Position numbers and translations under genes: made by a program. From Candidatus Omnitrophota bacterium (GTDB lineage: Bacteria > Omnitrophota > Gorgyraeia > JAHJTE01), in contig JAHJTE010000001.1 of NCBI GenBank assembly GCA_018830005.1, positions 449,332-513,331 on the forward strand: DNA of 64,000 nucleotides, given 5' to 3'. Positions 35,874-46,365 of the stretch are shown piece after piece (position 1 is the stretch's first letter; the number at the start of each line of letters is the position of its first letter). The notes beneath the pieces were generated by a model, which saw only the letters and a program-made list of their open reading frames with translations, made no database searches and was not told the DNA's origin.

Positions 35874-35940
35874 ATTCGGCTAAATCACTTATGTTGTCTT
35901 GAGGACTCTATAAGTGATGTGCTCATTAAGGAGGTGTAAT

Positions 35941-36225
35941 ATGGCGATTTATTTTATGTTTGGTAAATATTCACGAGAGGCAATACAAGGAATAAGCGCT
36001 AATCGGACAAAGGAAGCTACGGGCGTCATTGAAAAACTTGGCGGCAAGTTAAAATCAACGTATGCCCTTTTAGGGGAGCATGATTTGGTTCTTATAGTAG
36101 ATTTTCCTGGTTTACAAGATGCGATGAAGGCGTCCTTGGCTCTGACTAGGTTAACAAATGTTGCGTTCTCTACATCACCAGCAATAACAGTAGAAGATTT
36201 CGATAAGATGATTGCTCAGGCCTAA
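35941..36225 (+). CDS. GYD-domain protein
   Basis: MAIYFMFGKYSREAIQGIS...GGKL...YALLGEHDLVLIVDFP. Confidence 0.7.
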   Translation: MAIYFMFGKYSREAIQGISANRTKEATGVIEKLGGKLKSTYALLGEHDLVLIVDFPGLQDAMKASLALTRLTNVAFSTSPAITVEDFDKMIAQA

Positions 36226-36265
36226 GCTTTTTTTGAATTCAGATCTGGATAGGCTAGGTGGTTTT

Positions 36266-36805
36266 ATGAAAAAAATTTTAGTTATGTTATCTTTAGTTAT
36301 TTTTATTGGTATTGCCTGTGGCTACAATTCTGCCCAAGACAATGATGTTGTAATATTGGAAACAAATCAGGGGATTATAAAAATTAGATTGTATCCTAAG
36401 ATAGCTCCCAAGGCCTGTGAGAATTTCACAGAATTGGTTAAACAGGGCTATTATGATGGGATAATTTTTCATAGGGTAATAAAAAATTTTATGATTCAGG
36501 CAGGCGACCCAACAGGAACAGGAAGAGGAGGTCAGTCAATCTGGGGCATGCCTTTTGAAGACGAGGTTACTACTGGTGTCAAATTCAATAAGCCAGGATT
36601 AGTTGCAATGGCAAATGCCGGTCCCGATACAAATGGCAGCCAGTTTTTTATTACAACAGTCTCTACGCCCTGGCTTAATATGCGCCATACAATATTCGGT
36701 GAGGTTATTTCAGGCTACGATGTAGTCGGAAAAATCGAGAATACAGCTACGGGGCCTCTAGATAGGCCACTTGTTGAACAGAAGATTATAAAGGCACACT
36801 TTTAA
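36266..36805 (+). CDS. ppiB: peptidyl-prolyl cis-trans isomerase, cyclophilin type (signal peptide/lipoprotein)
   Basis: YDGIIFHRVIKNFMIQAGDP...GPDTNGSQFFITT. ATG start at 36266 (MKKILVMLSL). Confidence 0.9.
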   Translation: MKKILVMLSLVIFIGIACGYNSAQDNDVVILETNQGIIKIRLYPKIAPKACENFTELVKQGYYDGIIFHRVIKNFMIQAGDPTGTGRGGQSIWGMPFEDEVTTGVKFNKPGLVAMANAGPDTNGSQFFITTVSTPWLNMRHTIFGEVISGYDVVGKIENTATGPLDRPLVEQKIIKAHF

Positions 36806-36820
36806 CCAAGGAGGGAAAAG

Positions 36821-37057
36821 ATGCCATATGACAGCAGTCTGGATGAATCTTTATTTTCAAAGTCTTGGGAAAACGATTCCGGCCGTTTAACAGTAAGTGT
36901 TTATTCTTACAATAAAGGCGCTAGGAAATTACAAATCAACAGGGAGAACAGGGATCCTGAAGGAGGCTTTAGGTTTGCTAAACTTGGCAGAATGACTAAG
37001 GCAGAGGCAGGGGCTGTTGTTCCATTAATCCAGGAGGCCCTAGAGTTCCTGGATTAG
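36821..37057 (+). CDS. hypothetical protein
   Basis: 78-aa ORF preceded by an RBS (aaggaggg). Confidence 0.4.
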   Translation: MPYDSSLDESLFSKSWENDSGRLTVSVYSYNKGARKLQINRENRDPEGGFRFAKLGRMTKAEAGAVVPLIQEALEFLD

Positions 37058-37077
37058 ATAATTAGTTTAGACTGAAA

Positions 37078-37506
37078 ATGGACGATATAATCATACAGAG
37101 AGCCAAGGAAGAAGATGCCCCCTACATTGAAGAGAAGCTGAAAAAATATCTTCTTGATTCTGAGAATGCCAGTCGGGAACAGTTTTTTGTTGCAAAGAAT
37201 AATAACAAGACAGTGGCGTTTGCCAGGATAAAAGATTATGGAGAATATTTCGAACTTGCTTCCTTGGGAGTGGATTATTGCCATCGGAAAAAAGGCATTG
37301 GCACGAAGATGGTTTTGTTTCTTATTGAAGAGGCAAAGAGACGTAATCCGCAAAAGCCTATATACGGCGTGACCCATAGGCCCAATTTTGTAGAAAGAGT
37401 TGGTTTTAAGGAAATCCCGAAAGGCCCTGAGGCATTAGAATACAAGCGACACCACAGAACAGTCCTTGGTCCTAAGAAGAATAAGATTATGCTATTTAAG
37501 GCATAA
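37078..37506 (+). CDS. GNAT-family N-acetyltransferase
   Basis: Acetyl-CoA binding motif HRKKGIGTKMVLFLIEEAKRR. Confidence 0.75.
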   Translation: MDDIIIQRAKEEDAPYIEEKLKKYLLDSENASREQFFVAKNNNKTVAFARIKDYGEYFELASLGVDYCHRKKGIGTKMVLFLIEEAKRRNPQKPIYGVTHRPNFVERVGFKEIPKGPEALEYKRHHRTVLGPKKNKIMLFKA

Positions 37507-37618
37507 TTTAGCAAACAGAGTAGAAGGAATTATAGAAGAATAAGTTCGAGGTGGTTCCTAGATTAGTTCTGAAACTACTGCTTTTAGGACTACCCACCAT
37601 ATAATATTCTTTTTTAAA

Positions 37619-38881
37619 ATGTCCTTTATGAGGATTAGTTCGGATAAAACAAGAAGAGGATTCCTGATTCTCTCCTGGGCGCTTTATGATCTAGCTAACC
37701 AGTTCTTTGTCCTGAATATAATATCTCTTTATTTTGTGCGCTGGCTTGTTTTGGAGAAAGGAGTACCGGAGATTCTCTATAGCATTTCTTTTGGGATTTC
37801 AATATTTTTCGTAGCTCTCTTGGCACCATTTCTGGGATTTATTTCAGACCTCACCCGAAGATACAAAGGTTTTCTCACATGTTTTACGCTGCTTTCTGTA
37901 ATCTTTACGATTTTTTTAAGTCTTAGCGAAAGTATTCTCTTAGCACTTATATTTTTTGCCATAGCCAATTTTGGCTGTCAGATTGCTGTTGTCTTCTATA
38001 ATGCCCTTATGGTTGATATTGCACCTAAGGAAAGACTGGGATTAATTTCAGGCTTAGGCAGAATGTTTGCATATTTGGGAGCTGTGTTATCACTATATTT
38101 TGTAAAGCCTTTAGTCTTAGAATATGGATACAAGTCAGCATTTCTTCCTGCCGCTTTATTTTTCCTGATATTCTCCCTACCTTGTATTATTCTCATAAAG
38201 GATAAATATTCAAAGCAGGCAATAGGTCTAATTCAGTTTTTCAAGAGGGATAGTATAAGTAAGGCATTTAAAACCATACGCACATCATTTTCGCAAACTT
38301 ACAAGATACCCGGCGCCTCGGATTTTCTAAAATCAGCCTTTTTTGGCTTGGCTGCTATAAATGTAATAATCCTTTTTATGTCCGTATATGCCAGTCAGGT
38401 ATTTAGATTAAACGAATCCCAGATGATTAACCTTGTTGCCTTTGGGGCATTTTTTGCAATAATCGGCAGCATTATTTCAGGCGCAATCAGTGATTATATA
38501 GGCTATAGGAGATGTTTGATTTCCGTATTTATTCTCTGGATATTTTGTTTTTTAGCTGGCGCGATAGCGAAAAGCCCTGGTTTCTTTTTCTTCGTTGGTG
38601 CGGCAGTAGGATTAGCCATGGGCGCAACCAGTGTTGTGGCTCGCGCCTTAGCTATTAGTTTAGTGCCTAAGGATAGAATTGGAGCGGTTTTTGGTTTGTT
38701 TAATTTTGTAGGATATATTTCAAGTATTTTGGGAGCCTTATTCTGGGGTCTTATGCTTTTATTACTTTCTCCCTTGGGAGAGATAGGTTATCGTCTGGCT
38801 TTATTCAGCCTAAATATATTCATATTTTTAGGCATATTTTTCATTTTACGCATTCCTAAAACGAGAAAGAATATAGGATAG
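37619..38881 (+). CDS. MFS transporter
   Basis: 420 aa with about 12 transmembrane helices and MFS-like loop motifs. Confidence 0.8.
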   Translation: MSFMRISSDKTRRGFLILSWALYDLANQFFVLNIISLYFVRWLVLEKGVPEILYSISFGISIFFVALLAPFLGFISDLTRRYKGFLTCFTLLSVIFTIFLSLSESILLALIFFAIANFGCQIAVVFYNALMVDIAPKERLGLISGLGRMFAYLGAVLSLYFVKPLVLEYGYKSAFLPAALFFLIFSLPCIILIKDKYSKQAIGLIQFFKRDSISKAFKTIRTSFSQTYKIPGASDFLKSAFFGLAAINVIILFMSVYASQVFRLNESQMINLVAFGAFFAIIGSIISGAISDYIGYRRCLISVFILWIFCFLAGAIAKSPGFFFFVGAAVGLAMGATSVVARALAISLVPKDRIGAVFGLFNFVGYISSILGALFWGLMLLLLSPLGEIGYRLALFSLNIFIFLGIFFILRIPKTRKNIG

Positions 38882-38899
38882 AATAATTTAGGAAATGAG

Positions 38900-39691
38900 A
38901 TGAAGAAAAGACTTAAGTATATCTATGGTCCGGTTTCATCCTGGAGATTGGGAAGCTCTCTAGGCATAGATCCTGTATCAGGCAAAGTAAAAATCTGCAC
39001 ATTTGATTGTATTTACTGTCAGCTGGGCAAGACCAAGATATTTAGCGATAGAAGAAGGATTTTTGTGCCTACGCAAAGACTCTTGCGAGAAATTAAAATG
39101 CTACCAGCTTTGGAAGCAGACTATATTACATTTTCTGGAACTGCTGAACCTACTCTTGCTAAGAATTTGGGCCAGATGATAAAGGTAATAAGGGGAAAAA
39201 GGCGTGAAAGAATCGCCGTCTTGACCAATGCCTCATTAATCTATAGGCAAGACGTCCAAAGAGACTTACTCTTAGCTGATTTTGTTGCAGTAAAAATTGA
39301 TGCCAATTCACAGGATTTATTCCTCAGAGTAAATAAACCCATGAAAAAGATAAAATTTCCTACTATAATAAAGGCAATAGGGGACTTTAGAGATAAATTC
39401 AAAGGTGAATTGGGATTGCAGATTATGTTTGTTAAGGAAAACAAAAGATATGCAAAGGAAATAGCCCAGATAGCAGCCCAGATTAGGCCGGATGAAATTC
39501 AGATTAATACGCCTTTAAGGCCTTCCCAGGCTGCGGCCTTGTCAAAGAAGGAATTAAAAACAATAGAAGACACATTTTTAAAAACATGCGCCAAGAATAC
39601 AAGGATTGTCAGTGTTTATAAGGCTAAAAATAAAAAAGTGATTCCGATAAATAAATGTGATACACTGAGACGAAGACCAAAGTTGCATTAG
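38900..39691 (+). CDS. radical SAM domain protein
   Basis: YGPVSSWRLGSSLGID...CTFDCIYCQLG (CxxxCxxC). Confidence 0.75.
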   Translation: MKKRLKYIYGPVSSWRLGSSLGIDPVSGKVKICTFDCIYCQLGKTKIFSDRRRIFVPTQRLLREIKMLPALEADYITFSGTAEPTLAKNLGQMIKVIRGKRRERIAVLTNASLIYRQDVQRDLLLADFVAVKIDANSQDLFLRVNKPMKKIKFPTIIKAIGDFRDKFKGELGLQIMFVKENKRYAKEIAQIAAQIRPDEIQINTPLRPSQAAALSKKELKTIEDTFLKTCAKNTRIVSVYKAKNKKVIPINKCDTLRRRPKLH

Positions 39692-39700
39692 GAGATAGCT

Positions 39701-41362
39701 ATGTTTAAAATCCGCAAACGCAAAATTATCTTTATTTCTTTAGCTAGTTTGTTTTTTGTGAGCCTTTTTACTTTGTCTGCGCTAGCTGCTGATAATAGCA
39801 GGCAAGATGATGCAATTTGTGTAGCTTTTTTAAGCGGAATCGGTTGCTCGCATTGTGCCAAAGTAGATCCTGTCTTATTTGTTGAATATACCGCAAAATA
39901 TCCAAATCTAGTAGTTATAGAATATGAGATTTATAAATTGCGAGCCTCTAATCGCGAGATTAGCGATGAATATTTCAAGACCTATCTTCCCGAGCGCAGA
40001 AGCGGCATACCATTTTTAATACTTAACAAAGAACAAACAGCAGTTGGCAGTAGCAATGTGTTTAAGCTAGAAGAGCTAATAAAGGGATCTTCTTCGAATA
40101 AGTGTCCTTTAGCAGATGGTTCCTCAGTTGATTTAGCTCATTTGGATATCACGAATCTGCCAGGTGAGGTAAAGTTCTGGACAAAGAATAGAGTTTTAAT
40201 TTCGGGAGAAGGGGGCCAGGGGCGGATATTAAGAAAGATTCTAATTGAAAAAGACATATCCTCTGCTTTGAGGAACGTTAAGTTTGTTAAGATAGATCCT
40301 GTAACTGTAGAGATATCAGGTGGTGAAATAAAATTTGATAATGCAATAAAGATAGGTAATTGGATTTTGCAATGGAGAGGAGCACCAATAAAAGCAGGGG
40401 TTAGCCAATTTGGCTTTGTATCAAATCCCATATTCTGGATGTTAATTACTTTCCTTCTGCTCATAACGCCGTTTTCCTTATCCAGAATTCGAAAGTCAAA
40501 GAAAGACATACACTTAAGTCCAGAGCAGGCAAGGAAAAGGAGGGATTGGATTATCGTTGCAGTTGTATTGCTTTCTTTGTTTGTTTTCTTCATTTCAGCG
40601 CGTGATATCCAGCCGGATTTATTAGAGCGGACTGGCTATAAGATGCCACTACCTATTTTTACTTTCATTATTGCCTTAATCGATGGGTTTAATCCCTGCA
40701 ATATGTTTGTTCTTACCTTTCTTCTGACGCTGCTTATTTCAGCTTCTGATTCAAAGGCGAGAATATATTCTGTTGGTTCTTGTTTTGTATTTGTAGTATT
40801 TGTCTTTTATTTTTCATTCATGGCTTTATGGTTGAATATCTTTAAATACATCGGATTCTTAACGCCGCTGCGAATCACAATAGCTATTATTGCACTAGTT
40901 GCAGGACTTATTAACTGCAAGGAGTTGTTATTCTTTAAAAAAGGCATTTCCCTTACTATAGGAGAGCAACACAAAGGGCCGCTCTTGGTAAGAATTTCCA
41001 GAATGAAAGATATAATCCAGAAAGGCTCGCTTCCTCTTTTAATAGTCTCTTCAATTACCCTTGCGGTATTCGCCTCTTTGGTTGAGTTGCCCTGTACTGC
41101 AGGATTTCCTATAATTTACACCGCTATATTATCTGCAAAGGTATTACAAACTAGCCTTATCTACTACGCCTATTTGTTTTTATATAATTTAATATATGTA
41201 ATTCCACTAGTAGCAATAATTGCAATATTCGGACATACCTTGAAAGCGAAACATATTACTCAAAGACAGGTACAGCTAATAAAATTTATGGGTGGGATAA
41301 TAATGATTCTGTTGGGGATAATTTTATTAGCTAGCCCGAAATTGATTGGAATAGGACTATGA
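39701..41362 (+). CDS. thiol:disulfide interchange membrane protein (thioredoxin-like CxxC N-domain plus DsbD/CcdA-type transmembrane domain)
   Basis: GCSHC (CxxC) in the N-terminal periplasmic domain, and a C-terminal transmembrane core with FNPCNMFVL. Confidence 0.7.
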   Translation: MFKIRKRKIIFISLASLFFVSLFTLSALAADNSRQDDAICVAFLSGIGCSHCAKVDPVLFVEYTAKYPNLVVIEYEIYKLRASNREISDEYFKTYLPERRSGIPFLILNKEQTAVGSSNVFKLEELIKGSSSNKCPLADGSSVDLAHLDITNLPGEVKFWTKNRVLISGEGGQGRILRKILIEKDISSALRNVKFVKIDPVTVEISGGEIKFDNAIKIGNWILQWRGAPIKAGVSQFGFVSNPIFWMLITFLLLITPFSLSRIRKSKKDIHLSPEQARKRRDWIIVAVVLLSLFVFFISARDIQPDLLERTGYKMPLPIFTFIIALIDGFNPCNMFVLTFLLTLLISASDSKARIYSVGSCFVFVVFVFYFSFMALWLNIFKYIGFLTPLRITIAIIALVAGLINCKELLFFKKGISLTIGEQHKGPLLVRISRMKDIIQKGSLPLLIVSSITLAVFASLVELPCTAGFPIIYTAILSAKVLQTSLIYYAYLFLYNLIYVIPLVAIIAIFGHTLKAKHITQRQVQLIKFMGGIIMILLGIILLASPKLIGIGL

Positions 41363-42162
41363 AGAAGATAGCTATCTTAATTTTAATTTTTGCAATTTTA
41401 ATCTCTGCATTAATATTAGCAAAAAATTTGATAGCAAAAGGAGCCATAACTGCTGCGGTTAAGGCCGTAACAGGCCTTCGTTTAACTATTGATAGCTTCA
41501 ATGTTGGAATACTTAAGAGCAATATCAACATTGAGGGCTTGATGCTGTATAACCCAGAAGGCTTCCAAGATAAGATAATGGTTAATATGCCACAGATTTA
41601 CGTTGATTATGATCTGGGTGATTTTTTAAAAGGCAAGGTTCATTTAGAGGAGCTAAAGATACATTTAGAGGAATTGATAGTTATCAAGAACAGTAATGGC
41701 GAGCTTAATCTTAATAGCTTAAAGGTTGTCCAAGAAAGAAAGAGAGAAAAAGAGGCTGCATCAGAAGAAAAGAAAGCAAAGGAAGTCCAATTACAGATAG
41801 ATTCCCTCAAACTAAAAATTGGCAAGGTTATTTATAAAGATTATTCAAGCCCACCCCGTGTGCACCTGAGAGAATATAAGGTAAATATAAATGAGAAATA
41901 CACAAATATTACAGACATGCGTACGGCCGCGAGTTTAATTATTGTCAGGGCCCTCATGAATACTGCTATTGCCAGCTTAACGGATTTTGATGTGGGATTG
42001 TTGAAGGATAGCGTGGGGGACGTTTTAAGATCAGCAAGTAAAGTTGCTATAGACGCTGCAGGTAAGGTTGTTGATGTTGGTAGAAAAGCTAAAGATACTA
42101 CTAGTGAAGCTATAGGCAAAACCGCAGATAGAATAAAGGATATATTTCCCTTTGGAAGGTAA
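41359..42162 (+). CDS. hypothetical membrane-anchored protein
   Basis: N-terminal transmembrane helix. Start overlaps the previous stop. Confidence 0.5.
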   Translation: MKKIAILILIFAILISALILAKNLIAKGAITAAVKAVTGLRLTIDSFNVGILKSNINIEGLMLYNPEGFQDKIMVNMPQIYVDYDLGDFLKGKVHLEELKIHLEELIVIKNSNGELNLNSLKVVQERKREKEAASEEKKAKEVQLQIDSLKLKIGKVIYKDYSSPPRVHLREYKVNINEKYTNITDMRTAASLIIVRALMNTAIASLTDFDVGLLKDSVGDVLRSASKVAIDAAGKVVDVGRKAKDTTSEAIGKTADRIKDIFPFGR

Positions 42163-43002
42163 CTAGGCTATTTCTTTTATCCTCTCGACTACTTCCTTGG
42201 TAGTTGAATCCGGTGTTGATGCCCCAGCAGTCACTCCTACATTCCTAATATCCTTAAACCAGCTTGGCTTCAAGTCTCGTTTTGATTGCACCCAGTAGCT
42301 TCTTGTATTAAGATTTTTTGCTATTTCATAGAGCCTTTTTGTGTTGGCGCTGGTTTTTGAGCCGATGATAATTATGACCTCATTTTTAAGAGGTAGTTTT
42401 TTAATCTCCTGCTGTTTTATTCTCGTTGGCCTACAAATCGTATTAAAAAATTCTGTCTTTTCTACAGTCTTATTTAAGACATCTACAATTTTTGATACCT
42501 TATCTAGATTTTGAGTGGATTGCACTACAACCGCAGCCTTTTTTATCTTGCTGATTATATTGATTGGAATAGTTTTAAGATCATGGATAACTATTGCCTT
42601 GCCTTTTAGTTGACCCATAATACCCTGCACTTCGTCGTGTTTCTTATCTCCGATGATTATGATTTTGTAGCCAAGGCGTTCCATCCTTGCCGCAATCCTG
42701 TGAATCTCTTTGACCATCGGGCAAGTTGCATCTACAATTCTATATCCACATCTTTTAGCCTTTTTGATGGTGTCTAGAGGAGCTCCATGGGCCCGGATTA
42801 GAAGTGTTTTAGCATTACCCCTGCCTATTTTTTTAATCTTTTTTATGCCTGCCTTACGAATCCGGCTTACGACATCTTCGTTGTGCACGATATCACCCAG
42901 CATGTAGGCGTTTTTTTTAGAAGTTGCGGTTTTAAGGGAGATCTGCAATGCGCGCTTGACCCCAAAACAAAAACCAGCAGATTTAGCTATAGTTATTTTC
43001 AT
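42163..43002 (-). CDS. ispH: 4-hydroxy-3-methylbut-2-enyl diphosphate reductase
   Basis: MKITIAKSAGFCFGVKRA...; a conserved LytB family pattern runs across the ORF. Confidence 0.9.
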   Translation of the reverse strand: MKITIAKSAGFCFGVKRALQISLKTATSKKNAYMLGDIVHNEDVVSRIRKAGIKKIKKIGRGNAKTLLIRAHGAPLDTIKKAKRCGYRIVDATCPMVKEIHRIAARMERLGYKIIIIGDKKHDEVQGIMGQLKGKAIVIHDLKTIPINIISKIKKAAVVVQSTQNLDKVSKIVDVLNKTVEKTEFFNTICRPTRIKQQEIKKLPLKNEVIIIIGSKTSANTKRLYEIAKNLNTRSYWVQSKRDLKPSWFKDIRNVGVTAGASTPDSTTKEVVERIKEIA

Positions 43003-43008
43003 ATCTAT

Positions 43009-44094
43009 TTAGTTTCTCAAGAAGAGACTTCCTAGGTATTTCCTAAGCAGCACTTTAAATTTCTTTTTCATTTTTAACTTGGAAAGGATTGAATATGCTT
43101 GCCTAAGTAGAGAGTTGATCTTATTTTGACAGTAGGTGTCAGCCCTGGATTTCTTTAGAAGGGACCTGAATTTTTTTAGGTCTTTATAATTTTTAGTTTT
43201 CTTTTCTAAGAGGTCTTTAAAGATTGATCTATCGTTCCTATTTAAATTCTTAAAAGTCTCACAGACTAGTAAAGTCTTTTTTGATTCTGCCAGATCGCAG
43301 AGTATGGGTTTTCCGATTTCTCTACTTGTAGCTAGGACACCGAGCATATCGTCCTGAATCTGAAACGCCTGACCAAAAAGAATAGCCATTTTTGAAATGC
43401 GGGCGAGTTCTTTCTTTCCTGCTCCGGAGAGGATTGCTGCTGTGAGCAAGGGGGACTCAAATGTGTATTTGGCGGTTTTTAATGTATAATTTAGGAACAC
43501 TCTTTTTTCATTAATGCTAGCAGGTTTCTTCCAACCATCTATTACATCGATGAATTCGCCGATACTTGTAGAAGCAGCAGCCTCTAGGAATTTCCTTAGC
43601 GCTAAATATTTTCTCTTTGAATCTTCTTCTATTGAAAGGAATGCATCAATGCTTAAGGTAAATATAAAATCTCCGACAACAATGCCTAGATTCTGGCCAA
43701 TGTCACTTTCAGAATGAGTCTTTAATTTCGCGTTGAAGAACTTGTGTAATGTTGGCTTGCCGCGGCGTAAAGCCGACTTATCTATAACATCATCATGCAC
43801 AAGCATAAAATCATGTAGCAGCTCAAAAGATAGGCAACAGCGTAGGAGATTCTTATAGGAGAATTTCCTCTTTTTTGTATATCCATGATAGCTGATAAGA
43901 AACAGAAGGGGTCGAATTCGTTTTCCTTTGCCCTGCAGAAAATATTTTATGCCGTTAAAGAAGGTATTTGAAATCAGGCGAAGTTTATAGTTAGCATTAA
44001 CTTCCTTAAGGAAAGAGGCAAGGTTCTTATCAATATCTTTTCTCCATTTGTTTAACATGGTATTAATGTTAACATAAAGGAAATCCATTGACAA
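43009..44094 (-). CDS. polyprenyl diphosphate synthase (trans-isoprenyl diphosphate synthase)
   Basis: GKRIRPLL and a first DDxxD motif (LVHDDVID). Confidence 0.85.
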   Translation of the reverse strand: MSMDFLYVNINTMLNKWRKDIDKNLASFLKEVNANYKLRLISNTFFNGIKYFLQGKGKRIRPLLFLISYHGYTKKRKFSYKNLLRCCLSFELLHDFMLVHDDVIDKSALRRGKPTLHKFFNAKLKTHSESDIGQNLGIVVGDFIFTLSIDAFLSIEEDSKRKYLALRKFLEAAASTSIGEFIDVIDGWKKPASINEKRVFLNYTLKTAKYTFESPLLTAAILSGAGKKELARISKMAILFGQAFQIQDDMLGVLATSREIGKPILCDLAESKKTLLVCETFKNLNRNDRSIFKDLLEKKTKNYKDLKKFRSLLKKSRADTYCQNKINSLLRQAYSILSKLKMKKKFKVLLRKYLGSLFLRN

Positions 44095-44212
44095 TCTAAA
44101 TTTAGTTGCAGTAATCCCTTAAATTGATATAATAAGAAAGGTGGAAATTATCTAAAATGTCTCCTCATTCCAGCGGACTGGTATGGGGTTATGTGTTCAT
44201 TGGAGGTGCTTT

Positions 44213-44401
44213 ATGTTTAGATTTGGCATGGGCGAACTTATTGTAATCTTATTGATAATCTTGCTTCTATTCGGCGCTAAAAAACTACCAGAGATTGCTC
44301 GCGCCTTAGGAAAGTCAATTAAAGAATTCAAGAAGGCGGGCAAAGAAATAAAAGAAGACGTCCAAGAAGTGACAAAGGGAGAAGATAAGGATATCTCCTA
44401 A
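44213..44401 (+). CDS. tatA: twin-arginine translocase subunit TatA/E
   Basis: [37 protein letters not shown]. The true start is probably at ATG 44213 or 44228. Confidence 0.8.
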   Translation: MFRFGMGELIVILLIILLLFGAKKLPEIARALGKSIKEFKKAGKEIKEDVQEVTKGEDKDIS

Positions 44402-44407
44402 GGTTTT

Positions 44408-45160
44408 ATGAGGCCTCACCTGGCAAGCTCAATGAATCCAAAAGATTCAACCAATCCAGATAGCTTAGATAAGCCACTTACGTTAGTAGGGCATTTGCAA
44501 GAATTAAGATCAAGGGTTATAAAGTCTATTTTTTGTATTTTAATCTGCTTTGTCTTTATTTTTAGTTATGCCGAAGATCTACTCTTGTTTTTGGTCAAGC
44601 CCATAGGCAGGCTTGTATTTATTGCTCCTCAGGAGGCCTTCACTACTAATATAAAGATCGTCTTTCTGGCAAGCTTATTTTTATCCTCGCCGTTTATAAT
44701 CTATCAGATTTGGAAGTTTGTCTCTGTGGGTTTGATGCCGAGAGAAAGAAAATTCGTATTGATATTCGGACCATTATCCTTTGTTTTTTTTATACTTGGC
44801 GCCGGCTTCGGATATTTTATAATTGTTCCCATAGGTTTGAGATTTCTCCTTAGTTTTGCTACTGAATTTATACCTGCGATGATAACCTTAAGTAAATACA
44901 TATCTTTTTTGGCAACTTTGGTTTTTGCTTTCGCCATAGTTTTTCAACTACCTTTAATAAGTCTGTTTCTTACCAAGATAGGCATAGTTACGCCTCGTTT
45001 CTTATCTGAGAAAAGAAGGCATGCAGTAGTATTTATTTTTATCATTGCCGCAATGCTTACGCCTCCGGATGTGATTACGCAGATTCTAATGGCCCTGCCC
45101 TTATTATTTTTGTATGAGATTGGGATTATTTTTTCTAAATTAGTATACCATTCAGCTTGA
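44408..45160 (+). CDS. tatC: twin-arginine translocase subunit TatC
   Basis: Six transmembrane helices and TatC family motifs (LVGHLQELRSR...). Confidence 0.9.
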   Translation: MRPHLASSMNPKDSTNPDSLDKPLTLVGHLQELRSRVIKSIFCILICFVFIFSYAEDLLLFLVKPIGRLVFIAPQEAFTTNIKIVFLASLFLSSPFIIYQIWKFVSVGLMPRERKFVLIFGPLSFVFFILGAGFGYFIIVPIGLRFLLSFATEFIPAMITLSKYISFLATLVFAFAIVFQLPLISLFLTKIGIVTPRFLSEKRRHAVVFIFIIAAMLTPPDVITQILMALPLLFLYEIGIIFSKLVYHSA

Positions 45161-45220
45161 GTTCCAAACCTTATTCAAGAGATTTAAGGCAGGGGTGAAT
45201 ATAGGAGAATTAAAAATTAT

Positions 45221-45250
45221 TTGACAAATGTATCTCTTTATGTTAGTATA
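45221..45250 (+). promoter_or_regulatory. sigma70-type promoter of the hydrogenase operon
   Basis: TTGACA at 45221-45226, a 17-18 nt spacer, then TAGTAT. Confidence 0.55.
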
Positions 45251-45251
45251 T

Positions 45252-45269
45252 TTGTGATTTTATTCACAA
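45252..45269 (+). promoter_or_regulatory. Rex operator (TTGTGAttttatTCACAA) overlapping the transcription start
   Basis: An 18-bp palindrome matches the Rex consensus TTGTGAA-N4-TTCACAA. A rex gene lies at 59174-59842. Confidence 0.65.
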
Positions 45270-45273
45270 AGTA

Positions 45274-46365
45274 TTGCCATCCCAATTCTTTGAGGTTTAC
45301 AAGGGCAATCCCCAGGCAACAATCCAAAGTTTAAATTTTATGCATTATCTATCTTCTGAAAGCCTCTCCAGATTTTTAGAAATCCTAAAAAATGACTATG
45401 AGGTCTACGCCCCTGTTAAAAAGGGAGATCAGCGTTTTTATAAGAGGTATACTGATTCTGGCGATTCTTTTATAATTGGTGAAGTGCGCTCATTTGAACC
45501 GCTAAAGTCATTTTTCTCTCGCGCCAGGGAAAAGGTTGCGGATGATTTCAAACCTGACATTCCGCATCATCGGGATAGGCCTCTTGCCATCGTAGGAGTA
45601 AAGGCCTGCGATCTAAAAGGTTTTAAGGTCCAAGACCATGTATTCAGAGACCACGATTATGAGGATCCCTTTTATCTTAAGGCACGCAAGGAAAATTTAA
45701 TTATCTCAGCTGATTGTACCTGTGCCATAGATACTTGTTTCTGCCTTGCCATGGGGATTAAGCCTTACCCCCAGGAAGACTTTGATATTAATCTTTCTCA
45801 AATCAGTAATGGTTTTATCGTAGAGGCTGGTTCGCGAAAAGGCGGCGAGCTTATTGACAAGAATTCTGCTCTTTTTGAAAAGGCAAGTCAGGCCTCTATT
45901 ACAGAGCGAGACCAGCAGAGGAGCAGGGTTATTAAGGAAGTCGAAAAAAATATTAAAGATAATTTTATTCCAAATCAAGGGTCTTTGGAAGGGATTATAG
46001 AAAAGAATTATGAATCCGATATCTGGGCTGATGAGGCTAAGACCTGCGTAGAATGCGGTGCATGTAATACTGTTTGTCCAACCTGTCATTGCTTCCTTCT
46101 CTATGACCAGAAGGATACAAGGGCCATGGCGCGTTTTCGTATTTGGGATTCATGTATGATAAAGGACTTTGCAAAGGTAGCGGGCGGTGCTAATCCTAGG
46201 TCAAAACTCTGGATGAGATTGAGAAACAGGTTCGAAAAGAAGTTCGATTTCTTTCCAAGGCTTGCCAATGTTTATGCATGCACAGGTTGCGGTCGCTGCA
46301 TATCTGCCTGTCCGGCAAAGATAGATATAAGAAAGGTTTTAAAGAGATTAGTAAAAGATGAATAA
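45274..46365 (+). CDS. AsrA / sulfhydrogenase-beta-like iron-sulfur subunit
   Basis: Cys clusters CTCAIDTCFC, CVECGACNTVCPTCHC and CTGCGRCISACP align with AsrA. The start may instead be ATG 45340. Confidence 0.8.
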   Translation: MPSQFFEVYKGNPQATIQSLNFMHYLSSESLSRFLEILKNDYEVYAPVKKGDQRFYKRYTDSGDSFIIGEVRSFEPLKSFFSRAREKVADDFKPDIPHHRDRPLAIVGVKACDLKGFKVQDHVFRDHDYEDPFYLKARKENLIISADCTCAIDTCFCLAMGIKPYPQEDFDINLSQISNGFIVEAGSRKGGELIDKNSALFEKASQASITERDQQRSRVIKEVEKNIKDNFIPNQGSLEGIIEKNYESDIWADEAKTCVECGACNTVCPTCHCFLLYDQKDTRAMARFRIWDSCMIKDFAKVAGGANPRSKLWMRLRNRFEKKFDFFPRLANVYACTGCGRCISACPAKIDIRKVLKRLVKDE